DNA of 64,000 bases from a virus: positions 64,001-128,000 of IMG/VR virus record IMGVR_UViG_3300036772_000367; one strand, given 5' to 3'. The notes beneath the pieces were generated by a model that saw only the letters and a program-made list of their open reading frames with translations, was not told the origin of the DNA and did not search any database. Positions 9,564 to 19,896 of the stretch are shown here, one piece after another. Both the position numbers and the translations under genes were made by a program. Each line of letters begins with the position of its first letter. Position 1 is the first letter of the stretch.

Positions 9564-10061
9564 ATGACTGAGACGAAGCGGCCTGAGTTCGATGTGGACC
9601 AGAGCACGCTGTTCAAGACCACCGGGTACGTCGAAGACCCCGCCTGGGTGCCGTCGCCCTTCGATCAGTTCGGCACCGTCCAGACGGCAGGTACCGCAGG
9701 CGACGACGTGCATGGCGATGTCCGGGAGGTCTCGGCGGCTTTCCAGATCGGCCGTGTCCGTGACCTGATGCACGCGGCGCGGGCCCTCGATCCCGACGAC
9801 CCGACTCCGGCCGACAACGTGGTGCTGCCCGGCCAGGACCACCGCGACGAGTCCACGGCTCGCGAGGAGGTCTTCCGACTGGCTCGCCGGCATATCGCCG
9901 AGCCCGTTGAGCTGGGCATGACTGAGGCCCGTCGGCGTGCGGCCGAAACGGAATCCGACGCTGAGGTGGAAACGGAATCCGACGGGGAGAAGTCCGAGGA
10001 CGAGAGGCAGGAAAATCCCGATCGGACGGCGGCAGCGGGATGGACCAACCAAAACGGCTGA
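9564..10061 (+). CDS. Acidic hypothetical protein
   Basis: Abuts the previous gene; GGGAG RBS. Confidence 0.75.
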   Translation: MTETKRPEFDVDQSTLFKTTGYVEDPAWVPSPFDQFGTVQTAGTAGDDVHGDVREVSAAFQIGRVRDLMHAARALDPDDPTPADNVVLPGQDHRDESTAREEVFRLARRHIAEPVELGMTEARRRAAETESDAEVETESDGEKSEDERQENPDRTAAAGWTNQNG

Positions 10062-10112
10062 CGTTCTGATTTCACGACGAGCCAGGTGAGTCATTCTTGC
10101 CTGGCTCGTCTC

Positions 10113-10149
10113 CTGTCTTCGTTCTTTCTGCTGCCTGAGTAAGTAATGA
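10113..10149 (+). promoter_or_regulatory. Putative late promoter motif (N23)
   Basis: CTGTC-N23-AAGTAATGA. Confidence 0.55.
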
Positions 10150-10171
10150 AGGTACGAATGGAAGGAACCCT

Positions 10172-10843
10172 GTGACTACTGCCAGTAAGACTCCGAACTT
10201 GGGTCTGATGTACCCAGTGGGTTCTGACACGTTCGACATCACGGACTTCGAGAACACCTTCACCATCATCGATCAGAATCCCGGTACGTTGACTGTCGCC
10301 AATCAGGCGTCGCGACCCACTGGTTGGGGTGCCAATCAGCATGGTCGCCGGGTGATGCAGGCCGATCAGGGTATCGAGTGGTGGTGGAACCAGCCCAGTT
10401 CCATCGTGGCCGGAGTGTGGACACGGGTGGCACCCAAGGGCTGGCTGGGAGGCACCTACCACGGTGGCTCGGTCAGTTGTAACGACACGTCTACCCCGGG
10501 TGTGCTAGTGGCATCGGTGAACCTCCTGGTACCCGGCGGCCGACCTGTGCAGGTGTTCTATTCATTTCTGTACGCCACCAACACCAACAATAGTGACGGT
10601 CAGGCTCTCGTGCAGTATTACGAGAACGGCACTTTCGTCAACAACAAAACACACAATGGTACGGGCTACAATGGTGGAGATCCCTCGAACCCACCGAGTT
10701 CCGGCATGATGTACTACCTGCGTAACATCGCGCCGACCACGCAGCAGAACGTGACATTCAGCATTTATGTGACGGGGATCGCAGGTCGTCCCATCGGACA
10801 AACAACACTATGGAATACGACTCTCGATATTTACGAGGTCTGA
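10172..10843 (+). CDS. Minor virion (fibre/collar-like) protein
   Basis: N-terminal TPNLGLMYP...DTFDI typical of phage fibres; beta-rich C-terminus. Confidence 0.65.
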   Translation: MTTASKTPNLGLMYPVGSDTFDITDFENTFTIIDQNPGTLTVANQASRPTGWGANQHGRRVMQADQGIEWWWNQPSSIVAGVWTRVAPKGWLGGTYHGGSVSCNDTSTPGVLVASVNLLVPGGRPVQVFYSFLYATNTNNSDGQALVQYYENGTFVNNKTHNGTGYNGGDPSNPPSSGMMYYLRNIAPTTQQNVTFSIYVTGIAGRPIGQTTLWNTTLDIYEV

Positions 10844-10849
10844 TACGTC

Positions 10850-11722
10850 ATGACGACAGCCGGGAATCCCGTTCGACAGTATGTGAGTCAGTATTCCAAT
10901 GACGCGCTGACTCTGAATATTCACATCGCGGGTGTGTTGGCCGATCCCGACAACAGCGCGGTCACCGTCACCATGCTGGATGAAAGCACGAATGCCACCG
11001 TCTTCACCGAGGCCGCTACACGCGTGGGAGCGGGTCAATATGATGTCGTGCTCACCTCGGCACAGTCGGCTACGCCGGACAACTACACGGTCACCTGGGA
11101 ATACTCCATTCAGGGTCGAGGTCAATTTTTCCAGACCTACATCTTGATCGGGCAGGCCGACCCCAACTACGACAACCTCACGCTGGACATGAAGAACCTC
11201 GTGGAGAGCGTCTGGTTCCGGTTCGCCGATCTGTTCGACTCCCCCGAGGGCGGTCCGAACCTCCAGACCTACTTCCAGACCAACTGGACCCGGGGTCGTG
11301 TCGCGCAGCTGTTGGGCGTGGCGTTCGGCTACATCAACACGATCCAGCAACCCTTCCAGACCTGGTCTATGGACGGTACGACGGGCCCCATCTTCCCGGT
11401 GGCTCAGTGGGGTTCGCTGCTGAGTCAGGCACTACTGGTGGAATGTCTCAAACACCTACGCCGGTCCTACACCGAGCAGCCGGACTTCCAGGGCGGTGCG
11501 GTTACCCGCCTGGACCGACAGCAGTACTGGGACCGCTGGGGTCAGATCTTGCAAGAGGAGCAAGCCACCCTCAAGCAGCAGCGCGACGTACTGAAGATCA
11601 GCTCCATGAGTCTGTCTCAACCAATGGTTCTGGTGAGCGGTGGAGTGTTTGGCAAATATGGGCCAACGAGATATGCAGGAAGTGCCGCAGCCCGTCCTAG
11701 GCTATGGGCTCGGTTTTATTAA
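10850..11722 (+). CDS. Head-to-tail adaptor
   Basis: Ig-like N-terminus; FADLFDSPEGGPNL...RRSYTEQP...RLDRQQYWDRW; position. Confidence 0.65.
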   Translation: MTTAGNPVRQYVSQYSNDALTLNIHIAGVLADPDNSAVTVTMLDESTNATVFTEAATRVGAGQYDVVLTSAQSATPDNYTVTWEYSIQGRGQFFQTYILIGQADPNYDNLTLDMKNLVESVWFRFADLFDSPEGGPNLQTYFQTNWTRGRVAQLLGVAFGYINTIQQPFQTWSMDGTTGPIFPVAQWGSLLSQALLVECLKHLRRSYTEQPDFQGGAVTRLDRQQYWDRWGQILQEEQATLKQQRDVLKISSMSLSQPMVLVSGGVFGKYGPTRYAGSAAARPRLWARFY

Positions 11723-11734
11723 TCACTAGGAAAG

Positions 11735-11769
11735 CTGTCATTTCACGTAGCTCTCCCTCTAAGAGATGA
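11735..11769 (+). promoter_or_regulatory. Putative late promoter motif (N21)
   Basis: CTGTC-N21-AAGAGATGA. Confidence 0.6.
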
Positions 11770-11799
11770 CCACGGTCGTCGGTGAGGGAGAGCTATGTC

Positions 11800-12033
11800 A
11801 TGACCACTCCAGAATTGCCCGTCCGCATCTGCGTCGGGTGTGGACAATCCGATGATCACCCACGCCATGTCGTCGTGGATCCCCAACATGGTGATGAGCT
11901 GCCCTGGCACATGGACTGCCACTCCCACGTGGGGTGTGAGACCTGCCAGGCGTCCGTGTCCGGCTCCAACGGAGCCCAGGGCCATGTACTGCGCCAACAC
12001 ATCGTCACAACGGCGCAGGGAGGCGCACAGTGA
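11800..12033 (+). CDS. Small Cys/His-rich protein
   Basis: CVGCGQSDDHPRH...HMDC...GCETC. Confidence 0.7.
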   Translation: MTTPELPVRICVGCGQSDDHPRHVVVDPQHGDELPWHMDCHSHVGCETCQASVSGSNGAQGHVLRQHIVTTAQGGAQ

Positions 12034-12425
12034 GCAATCTCGTCCAGGTCGAAGCCAACCACCTGTTGGATGCTTCCCTGGGGACCGCCGCGTACACCGC
12101 GCCGACGTCACCGGTTCAGCTGGCTCTGGTGACCACGGCTGGCTCCAACACGGCCGCCGGCACCGAGGTCGTCAACGCGGGTGGCTCCTCCTACAGCCGT
12201 CAGAACATCACATTCAACTCGGCGTCGGCGGGGAGCACTTCGAACTCGGCCATCATCAACTTCACCAACATGCCGGCCACGACGACTGTGGGCGTGGAGA
12301 TTTGGGATTCTGCCACCGGTACGCATGTGCGCCGGTACTTCGGGAACCTGACCGCCTCCAAGACCACCGCGCTGGGTGACACGCTGTCGTTCGCATCCGG
12401 AGCTATCACCGCCACGCTGTCCTGA
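12030..12425 (+). CDS. Small fibre-associated structural protein
   Basis: LALVTT...GTEV...SYSRQNITF...SNSAIINF...GDTLSFASGAIT. Confidence 0.75.
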   Translation: MSNLVQVEANHLLDASLGTAAYTAPTSPVQLALVTTAGSNTAAGTEVVNAGGSSYSRQNITFNSASAGSTSNSAIINFTNMPATTTVGVEIWDSATGTHVRRYFGNLTASKTTALGDTLSFASGAITATLS

Positions 12426-12437
12426 GAAGGGAACCGA

Positions 12438-14849
12438 ATGGCGACATTTGTTGCCAAAACAGACTGGGTGCATCCGAAGTCTGGCGGTACTTCCTTTTCC
12501 GTGACCCTGTCGCACACCGCTACCGCTGGCAACAAACTGGTGTTTTTCAGCGGTGGCGGTGCTATCTCCACTCCCACGGGTTTTACTGAACTCACCACCT
12601 ATGGGGGCGGTACGGAGGACGTTTCCATCTGGGACAAGACCGCTGCGGGCGGTGAGACGTCAGTTTCGGTGTCTCTCAATGGCTCCGGAGACAATGTCGG
12701 TGGAACCATCCTGGAGTTCGGGCCTGGCTTGACCTTCTCAGCGTGGTCCAACAATGGCACTGGCAACGTCGCCCAGCAATCCAACGACTACCAGATCTTG
12801 CCTTCGTCGGCGGTGTCGTTGTCCTCCGGCAACGGCGTGTTGGTCTCTATCCACACGGCCGCCACCTCGGTGGCCTGGTCGTTGGCCAACTCCATGCGCT
12901 CCTACGGACCACTGGGTTCGCTGATCAGCGTGGGTGGCAACGTGGATGCCAGTGGCACCGAGTTCTTCAACTACGGCATCGGCATCGCTGATGTCACGTC
13001 CACCGGTTCCTACCCGGCCACCGCAGCGGCGGGCCACTACACGGCGACGACGAACTACACGCCTGGCTCAGGGCGATGCTATGCGGCCCAGGTGCTCTAC
13101 ACCGACACGTCGGGTGTCGCCACCGTGGCTCCGTCGACCAAGACAGCGCAGGAGAACTCCCTGCCGGGGACCGTCTACCAGAACTGGTTTCTGGGTGACA
13201 ACGGCACCGACTCCACGACAGCCGCGTACACGGACTTTTGTTCGTATAACCCCGGCGACACTGTCAATTTCAAGGTGAATTCTTCTAACAATCCATTCCG
13301 AGTGGAGATCTATCGTCTAGGGTTCTATTCCTATGAGACATTCGGCGCTCGCAATGTGTTGGGTAATCAGGCTGGCTACATCACCGGCACCGCGATGGTC
13401 CAGCCGACACCCACCACTGATTCCACGCTGGGGTCGGTCTCGTGTGGTTGGACGACGAATGCCACCTGGGCGATCCCCTCGACCGCACAATCTGGTGTGT
13501 ACTACTACTTCGTGCGTCGTACGGATGTGACCACGCATGTTGCCTCAGGGCACTTCGTGGTCAAGGCAGCCTCGGTGACCAACAAGATGGTGGTGGTCAT
13601 CCCCGATCAGACCCATCAGGCGTACAACCGCTGGGGTGCCATCACGGACACTGGCACCACCATGACCGGCCGCAGTCTATATGCCTCCGGTGCCGACGGC
13701 GGCACGTGGGTGTTCACCGACCGGGCCTACGCGGTGAGCTTCGATCGGCCCTATGGTCTGCAAGCCGACCGCGACGTGACGTATCTGTTCGACTCCACCA
13801 TGTCCTTCATCTCTTTCGCCGAGGCGCAGGGCTACGAGATGTGCTATGTCAGCGACATGGATCTGCACGCCAGCCCCACGATCTGTCAGGGTGCGGCGAT
13901 GGTGGTGCTGGCTGGTCACCAGGAATATTGGACGACGAATACGTACAACGCGATGTACAACATCGTGAACAATTATGGCATCAATGTCGTGAACCTCTCT
14001 GCGAACACGGCATTGTGGCATACGCGGTTCGCGTCGGCCGACACAAACTACCGCACCATGATCTGTTACAAGGAATCCGGCACCCTGGATGTTGGGCCCA
14101 ATGGTGCGCTGCCGGGCACCGGATATGATCCGGTATCCTACACGGGAACATGGCGTGACACTCGGCAGCTCTCGGGCACCGTCAACAATGTTGACATCCG
14201 GCGCGAAAATTTCTTGGGTCAGATCTTTGTGATATCGGGTCACTTCTCCGGTCAGGCGGTCATCGACGCGGCCCACAAGACAAGCCCGATCTGGCGCAAC
14301 TCGGCCGGAGTCCAGGCGCTGACCACGGGGCAGACTTACACGTGCCCCATCACCTCGATCGGTGATGAGACTGACTATCCGGATGGCTCCTCCGGGCAAC
14401 CGGCCAACATGGTGATGTTGTTCTCCCAACCAGGCGTGACGTCGAGCTTGGGTGCGAACGCGGCAGGCACTTTGTACAGCAGCAGCGTGACAGTCACGCT
14501 GGGATGGACACTGGCACAGACCTCGGGCGGATCACTGATCTTCTCCACCGGCAACTGGCGTGGTCACAACCCGATCTCCCGCTGGCGTACCGCTTCCACT
14601 GCCCCCTCCACCGGAGGCATAGATCTGAACTGGCAGAACGCCCTGCTCTGCATCTTGTACGACATGGGACAGACGCCCGTCACGCTCACTGCGATGCAAC
14701 CGGGCACAGACACGGCTGTCACCGATCCCGCGATGGGTGGCATGGGGCAAGGCAAGACCACTGTAGGCAAAGCTTATGGATTGCTGGAGCCCACCCCCAA
14801 AGTGGCCTTTATGTACAGCCAGGCCGTCAATCGTTCGGCAACATACTGA
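12438..14849 (+). CDS. Virion protein with an N,N-dimethylformamidase beta-subunit-like domain
   Basis: SYNPGDTVNFKV...VEIYRLGFY...SGVYY...THQAYNRWG...SFDRPY...GHQEYWT. Confidence 0.7.
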   Translation: MATFVAKTDWVHPKSGGTSFSVTLSHTATAGNKLVFFSGGGAISTPTGFTELTTYGGGTEDVSIWDKTAAGGETSVSVSLNGSGDNVGGTILEFGPGLTFSAWSNNGTGNVAQQSNDYQILPSSAVSLSSGNGVLVSIHTAATSVAWSLANSMRSYGPLGSLISVGGNVDASGTEFFNYGIGIADVTSTGSYPATAAAGHYTATTNYTPGSGRCYAAQVLYTDTSGVATVAPSTKTAQENSLPGTVYQNWFLGDNGTDSTTAAYTDFCSYNPGDTVNFKVNSSNNPFRVEIYRLGFYSYETFGARNVLGNQAGYITGTAMVQPTPTTDSTLGSVSCGWTTNATWAIPSTAQSGVYYYFVRRTDVTTHVASGHFVVKAASVTNKMVVVIPDQTHQAYNRWGAITDTGTTMTGRSLYASGADGGTWVFTDRAYAVSFDRPYGLQADRDVTYLFDSTMSFISFAEAQGYEMCYVSDMDLHASPTICQGAAMVVLAGHQEYWTTNTYNAMYNIVNNYGINVVNLSANTALWHTRFASADTNYRTMICYKESGTLDVGPNGALPGTGYDPVSYTGTWRDTRQLSGTVNNVDIRRENFLGQIFVISGHFSGQAVIDAAHKTSPIWRNSAGVQALTTGQTYTCPITSIGDETDYPDGSSGQPANMVMLFSQPGVTSSLGANAAGTLYSSSVTVTLGWTLAQTSGGSLIFSTGNWRGHNPISRWRTASTAPSTGGIDLNWQNALLCILYDMGQTPVTLTAMQPGTDTAVTDPAMGGMGQGKTTVGKAYGLLEPTPKVAFMYSQAVNRSATY

Positions 14850-14860
14850 AAGGCAGTGAC

Positions 14861-15328
14861 ATGGGTGCGTATGTTGTCCACAATCAAGGGGCTATTCCAG
14901 CGCTGACTGCCTCCACGACCAAGACGTTGGTTTATATCAACCCTGCTGTGGTGGATATCGTTATTAACGAGATTAGTATTTCCTTTGACTCACCTTCGGC
15001 GGCTACGGCGATCGAAGTGGATCTGTATCGAACAACCAACGCGACGAGTGCGGCCGGTCCTTCCTTCACTCCGGTAAAGACGACCAAGCCTGGTAGTGGT
15101 GGTACTGCTGCACAGTCCACTGCCTTGATCAACCTCACAGTGGAACCCACTGCCATAGAAGTGGTGCGCACCTACTTCATTTCTCCCGCTTCGGGTTTGA
15201 TGGTATTGCAGTTCCCCTTGGGCAAGGAGCCTGCTGCGCTAGGGGGCGGTCAACCCATTGGCCTACGGGTGGTCACTCCAGCAGGAGTGACACCCCATGC
15301 GTTGGCGTATCTCGACTTTTCTGAGTAG
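14861..15328 (+). CDS. Hypothetical structural protein
   Basis: ATG 14861 follows the previous stop; the track start at 14504 overlaps the upstream gene. Confidence 0.7.
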   Translation: MGAYVVHNQGAIPALTASTTKTLVYINPAVVDIVINEISISFDSPSAATAIEVDLYRTTNATSAAGPSFTPVKTTKPGSGGTAAQSTALINLTVEPTAIEVVRTYFISPASGLMVLQFPLGKEPAALGGGQPIGLRVVTPAGVTPHALAYLDFSE

Positions 15329-15354
15329 TGATCTTCTGACATAGGTGATCTGAC

Positions 15355-16911
15355 ATGGCACGGTTGGCGAGGTCGTTCCCCGGCTTCATCGTGCTACGGG
15401 GCCCGATCGCGACGACGCCGTCTTGGACCACGTGGCAGGGTGCCGCCGCGTTTGCCCCTGCCCTGACCTTGACAACAGCCGGCACCTTGATCTTGGCGTC
15501 ATCGGCCGCCACCCTGTCGGTCACGGCTGGGTTGTCCGCTGATGGCGGGGCAATCAGTCAGGCTGTTGTCACCTTGACGCCGACGGCCAGTTTGTCCAGC
15601 GCGGCCATCGACGTTGTTCCCGGAGCGGTCTCTCTGTCCGGCACAGCGGGGTTGAATGCCGCCGGCAGCTATATTGCCCAGGGCAGCGTCACGATGTCGG
15701 CCACGGCGAGCCTGGGTACCGTTGCGGTCCAGACTGGCTTCGGTCAGGCATCGTTGGCACCGGTTGCGTCCCTCGTGGTGGGTACACAGACGGTGTGGCA
15801 GGCCAGCGCCACGTTGGCTCCCGTTTCTGTTCTGGTCGCCGGAGCGGCCCAGACGAGCTTCCCTACGGTAGATCTGACTCCCTCGGCCGGGATGACGGTG
15901 GCGGCGACACGGATCGTGTTGCCGGGAGTCGCGCTGGCACCCCTGGCTGCTCTGACCACCGCGACACCGATGGCGATCTATCAGGGCGCTGTGTCCTTCA
16001 GCCCTGCCATGTCGTTGACCCTGGCATCCGGATCGAACTTCACCGGCAATGTCATTATGTCCGGGACCGGCGCGCTCACTATCGTTGGTCCGAAGGCGAT
16101 CTATCAGGCTATTATCGCGCTGGTTCCGATGGCGACCTTCACGGTGGCCAGTCTGATCCTGCCCTCTGGCGTGCTCCTGGCTCCCGTCATATCTCTGACG
16201 GCGGCGGCCGACATCCAGCTCAACGTCGGCCAGGTCCAGCCCTACTACATCAGGCAACGCCAGGACTGGGCTATCCAACAGGAACGTCAGCGTCACGCTG
16301 AGGCCATCTACTGGATCGGCGAGATGGTGTGCCTTATTTTGATGTGGCACGAGATTGATTTTCAGAAAGGTCTCGTGCAGCGCTGCCATACTTGTTACAA
16401 CACCACGGACACTATCACCAATCGCATCACTGCGGTATACAACCAACCGACGCGTAATGAATGCCCTGATTGTTTCGGTACAACCTTCGAAGGTGGCTAC
16501 CGAGCCCGCATTGTGCGACCTGCGATCCTGACCGATGTGGACGAGACCGAACGCCAGGACCGCAAGGGTTCCATGCATCCGAGTTCTCTGAACGTAGAGA
16601 CCGTCTGGGACTTCCGGTCTCGGGCGGGAGACTATCTACTGCGCGCGGACGGATCACGCTGGCGGCTCTCCGATCCCCAGCGCACCACGTTGCGCACCGG
16701 CTTCTACCATCCGGCGCAGTCCACTAGCTCCATCACGTACGGCAATATCCGCGCGCAGTACGAGGAAGAGACCACGGTGGCCTACCTCTTGCCACCCACC
16801 GATGTTTCCACTCTGAGCACATTGTTGCAGCAACAGGTGTTCTTCCCGCCGAACTTTTCCAGCTTCGAGATCATCCGGGCACCTCTCATTCCGACTGCCC
16901 TGCAAGACTAG
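15355..16911 (+). CDS. Ala/Thr/Val repeat region fused to a head-closure-like domain
   Basis: About 290 aa of approximately 24-aa repeats, then RCHTC...CPDCFGTTFEGG...GDYLLRADGSRWR. Confidence 0.7.
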   Translation: MARLARSFPGFIVLRGPIATTPSWTTWQGAAAFAPALTLTTAGTLILASSAATLSVTAGLSADGGAISQAVVTLTPTASLSSAAIDVVPGAVSLSGTAGLNAAGSYIAQGSVTMSATASLGTVAVQTGFGQASLAPVASLVVGTQTVWQASATLAPVSVLVAGAAQTSFPTVDLTPSAGMTVAATRIVLPGVALAPLAALTTATPMAIYQGAVSFSPAMSLTLASGSNFTGNVIMSGTGALTIVGPKAIYQAIIALVPMATFTVASLILPSGVLLAPVISLTAAADIQLNVGQVQPYYIRQRQDWAIQQERQRHAEAIYWIGEMVCLILMWHEIDFQKGLVQRCHTCYNTTDTITNRITAVYNQPTRNECPDCFGTTFEGGYRARIVRPAILTDVDETERQDRKGSMHPSSLNVETVWDFRSRAGDYLLRADGSRWRLSDPQRTTLRTGFYHPAQSTSSITYGNIRAQYEEETTVAYLLPPTDVSTLSTLLQQQVFFPPNFSSFEIIRAPLIPTALQD

Positions 16912-16919
16912 GAGGGGCG

Positions 16920-17648
16920 ATGCCGCAACTTCTCGCCCCGCAGATGCGTTTCGCCGCCGGGGCTCCGGACCGGCTGGTGATGTTGGCCGACGTCAGCCGG
17001 GAGGAGTCCTACTACCTGGCGACCGAAGCGGTCTACATCGCCCGGCAGACGATGCCCCGCGTCACGGGTGTCACCGCGTCCCGACTGGCCACCATCGTGG
17101 CCGAGGGTTACTTCGGCATCTACTTCCCGGACGCCACTACCTGGTTCCTGGAGGCGGGCACGCGGGCCTTCACCATGAGGTCGCTAGCCGGCAAGACCAT
17201 CCCGATGTGGGTGTCCGATACAGATGGTCAGCTCCGGCGGGACAACCCGAAGATCCGTATCCACACCACGGAGGATGGCCGTCTCCAGGTTCTGATCTTC
17301 CGTCGTGCCGCGCGCCTGGGTCAGCGCAAGGTCGTTCGACGGAAGGATCCGGTCACCGGTCAGCTGACCCTCCGCACGACGGTGGCGTCCTACCCTGGAG
17401 CGCCAGGTCGGATTAACCGTCGTCAGCCTGCCGCTCCGTGGAATGCGTCTGGGACGCAGGGTGGTCAGATCGCCGGAGGGAATGTCGGTGTTCGCTGGCG
17501 GCATCCTGGCATCCAAGCAATGCAGTTTCTCAACGGTGCGCTGGCGCGGACGGCTTTCGAGGCGGGGTTGCCGATCACCACGGTCTACGCGGTGGATGGC
17601 GCCAGTTGGCAGTCCTTCTTGAGCTTCCGCCTACGAGGAGTGCAGTAA
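16920..17648 (+). CDS. Neck / tail completion-type protein
   Basis: GGAGG RBS; FLEAGTRAFTMRSLAGKTIPMW...RWRHPG. Confidence 0.65.
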   Translation: MPQLLAPQMRFAAGAPDRLVMLADVSREESYYLATEAVYIARQTMPRVTGVTASRLATIVAEGYFGIYFPDATTWFLEAGTRAFTMRSLAGKTIPMWVSDTDGQLRRDNPKIRIHTTEDGRLQVLIFRRAARLGQRKVVRRKDPVTGQLTLRTTVASYPGAPGRINRRQPAAPWNASGTQGGQIAGGNVGVRWRHPGIQAMQFLNGALARTAFEAGLPITTVYAVDGASWQSFLSFRLRGVQ

Positions 17649-17650
17649 TC

Positions 17651-18265
17651 ATGTACCTAACACCTCTGAAGACCGCTGTGGTGGAAGCACTCCGTGACAC
17701 CTTTAATGGCAGTTATCCGAACTCCGACTTTCAGAACATCAACATCAGTGTGGAATATCCCGTACTGAAGTCGCAGTATCCCAATCTCTGGGTGACGTAC
17801 GAAGATACCGCTGAGTTGAGCATTGCCAGTATTGGACACCTGGAAGTCAGCTTCAATACCCAGACTAGAACTTATACTCAGGTGAACCGGTGGCGCTTCC
17901 AGGGGAGCATCACCATTACTATTGCGGCTTTGTCCTCTCTGGAACGCGATCGGCTCTATGACGAAGTCGTGCGTACCTTCGCCTTCGGTGGACAGAATGA
18001 TTCTTTGAATGTCTTTCGACAGAAGATCGAACAGAACGACTTTGTCGGTATGAACTTCAATTTCGACGATCTTCAGCCCACCGGAGACACCGCCGCGATG
18101 GGAACACCGTGGCAGACCGATGAAATGATTTACGAGAAGTCACTCACTATCGACTTGATCGGTGAGTTTGTGGGAGACCCACGTACCCAACAGTTGGTGG
18201 CTCTGTCGAAGTTCGACATCATCGGGACGCCTGAGGCACCAGATGGTATGCAGTTGGCCGGTTAA
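17651..18265 (+). CDS. Tail terminator-like protein
   Basis: ISVEYP...AALSSLERDRLYD...GTPW; precedes the sheath gene. Confidence 0.65.
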   Translation: MYLTPLKTAVVEALRDTFNGSYPNSDFQNINISVEYPVLKSQYPNLWVTYEDTAELSIASIGHLEVSFNTQTRTYTQVNRWRFQGSITITIAALSSLERDRLYDEVVRTFAFGGQNDSLNVFRQKIEQNDFVGMNFNFDDLQPTGDTAAMGTPWQTDEMIYEKSLTIDLIGEFVGDPRTQQLVALSKFDIIGTPEAPDGMQLAG

Positions 18266-18267
18266 TC

Positions 18268-18303
18268 CTGTCCCTGCTGTGCTTGACCCGGATCAAGAAC
18301 TGA
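18268..18303 (+). promoter_or_regulatory. Putative late promoter motif (N22)
   Basis: CTGTC-N22-AAGAACTGA. Confidence 0.6.
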
Positions 18304-18361
18304 GGAAGGGAGACGAGTCCCTTCGGGTGATCGTTGTTGGTGGCCGAAGGAGCTGAGTCAC

Positions 18362-19891
18362 ATCCCGAACTTCACTCAATACGTGCCGCCCAATGTGTAT
18401 ATCAATACTGCCTCGACACCTGTGGTGGCGCCGATCGGTGTCAACCCCACGGTCATTTGTCTCATCGGTGCGGGTGTTGGCTATAACACTTTTCAGGACA
18501 TTGTCACCTTCAGTGGATCAACACCGGTCACCCTGACGAAGAGTGGCATCAATGCTTCATCCATTGTGGTGACGGGATACATTCCCGATCCCAATGCCAG
18601 CAACCAGGCGCTGCCACACACCTTCTTGCCGGACATCACCGGTGGTTCCCCACAGACCAGGGACTATTCGGTCAACCAGACCGGCTCCGGGGCCAGCAGC
18701 GTCACCACGCTGACCAAGGAGGGGTCGGGCACGATCAGCACGACTTATCCGCAAGCAACGGTGTCCTACCAGTACACCGACGCCAGCTACTACGGATTGC
18801 ACTTCTTTTCCGACTACACCAGTTTCACCAACGCCTACGGTCCCGCGTTGGATCCCACCACCGGAGCTCTCGTCAGTCCTCTGTCGCTGGCTGCCCAGGT
18901 CGCCATGCAGAACGGCGCGAACCAGCTCTACGCCATCGCGCTGGAGGGTGGCTCCAACACTCTTCAACAGCAGTTCGCCGATGCCTATGCGCTGTTGTCG
19001 TCTACGAATACCGATGCCAACATCATCGTGCCGCTGTGGAATGAGGTTACCGATCCCACGCAGCTCGCCGGGATGCTCGCCACGCTCAAGGCATTCGTGG
19101 AGGGAGATGCGACCAATCAGGGCATTCTGCGGATGGCATTCGTCGGGTTCGACGAGGCTTACGCACCGGCAATATCGGACCTGGCGACGCTGGCGGTGAA
19201 CGTGGCCTCCGAACGAGTCGTGATGGCGTGGCCGAACCAGTTGAACTTCTTCAACGGAGTGACCTCCCAGACACAGATCTTGGACGGCTTCTATCTGGCC
19301 ACGGCCTATGCGGGGCTGCTGTCCGCGCTACCGCCGCAGATGCCGTTGACCCAGAAGTATCCCCAGGGCTTCTCGGGTGTGCCTATAGCGATCAGCCAGA
19401 CTCTGACTACGACAGCGAAGAACCAGCTCTCCAGCTCCGGCGTCACCGTCTGCAATACCGATCGACGGGGTCGTCTGGTTGTTCGACATGGTCTCACCAC
19501 AGATTATGTCGGCGGAGTGCTCGCTCGCGAGATCAGTCTGGTGCGGGCCGAGGACGCCCTGTTCAACTTGGTCGACCAGAACTTGCTCACCGCTCAACTC
19601 ATTGGTCAGCCGATCATCACCAACACGGTGACCAGCACCAACACCACTCTGTTGCAGGTACGGTCCATTGTGACCGGCGCGCTGGATACGGCGACGACGT
19701 CCGCGCTGATCAATGGCTACAACAACGTCGTGGTGACGGAACAGCAACCACCGTCGGGCGACCCCACTATTATCCAGGTGCAGTTCGCCTACTTGCCGCC
19801 GTGGCCGTTGAACTACGTCCTGGTGTCATTCAGCGTCGACACGACGACCGGTCAGACGAACCTGACGGCCTCGGGAAACACCACGGGCTGA
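18362..19891 (+). CDS. Tail sheath protein (start ATC 18362 or GTG 18383)
   Basis: PPNVYI N-terminus; LVVRHGLTTD...REISLVRAED...FAYLPPWPLNYVLVSF C-terminus. Confidence 0.9.
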   Translation: MPNFTQYVPPNVYINTASTPVVAPIGVNPTVICLIGAGVGYNTFQDIVTFSGSTPVTLTKSGINASSIVVTGYIPDPNASNQALPHTFLPDITGGSPQTRDYSVNQTGSGASSVTTLTKEGSGTISTTYPQATVSYQYTDASYYGLHFFSDYTSFTNAYGPALDPTTGALVSPLSLAAQVAMQNGANQLYAIALEGGSNTLQQQFADAYALLSSTNTDANIIVPLWNEVTDPTQLAGMLATLKAFVEGDATNQGILRMAFVGFDEAYAPAISDLATLAVNVASERVVMAWPNQLNFFNGVTSQTQILDGFYLATAYAGLLSALPPQMPLTQKYPQGFSGVPIAISQTLTTTAKNQLSSSGVTVCNTDRRGRLVVRHGLTTDYVGGVLAREISLVRAEDALFNLVDQNLLTAQLIGQPIITNTVTSTNTTLLQVRSIVTGALDTATTSALINGYNNVVVTEQQPPSGDPTIIQVQFAYLPPWPLNYVLVSFSVDTTTGQTNLTASGNTTG

Positions 19892-19896
19892 TGATG

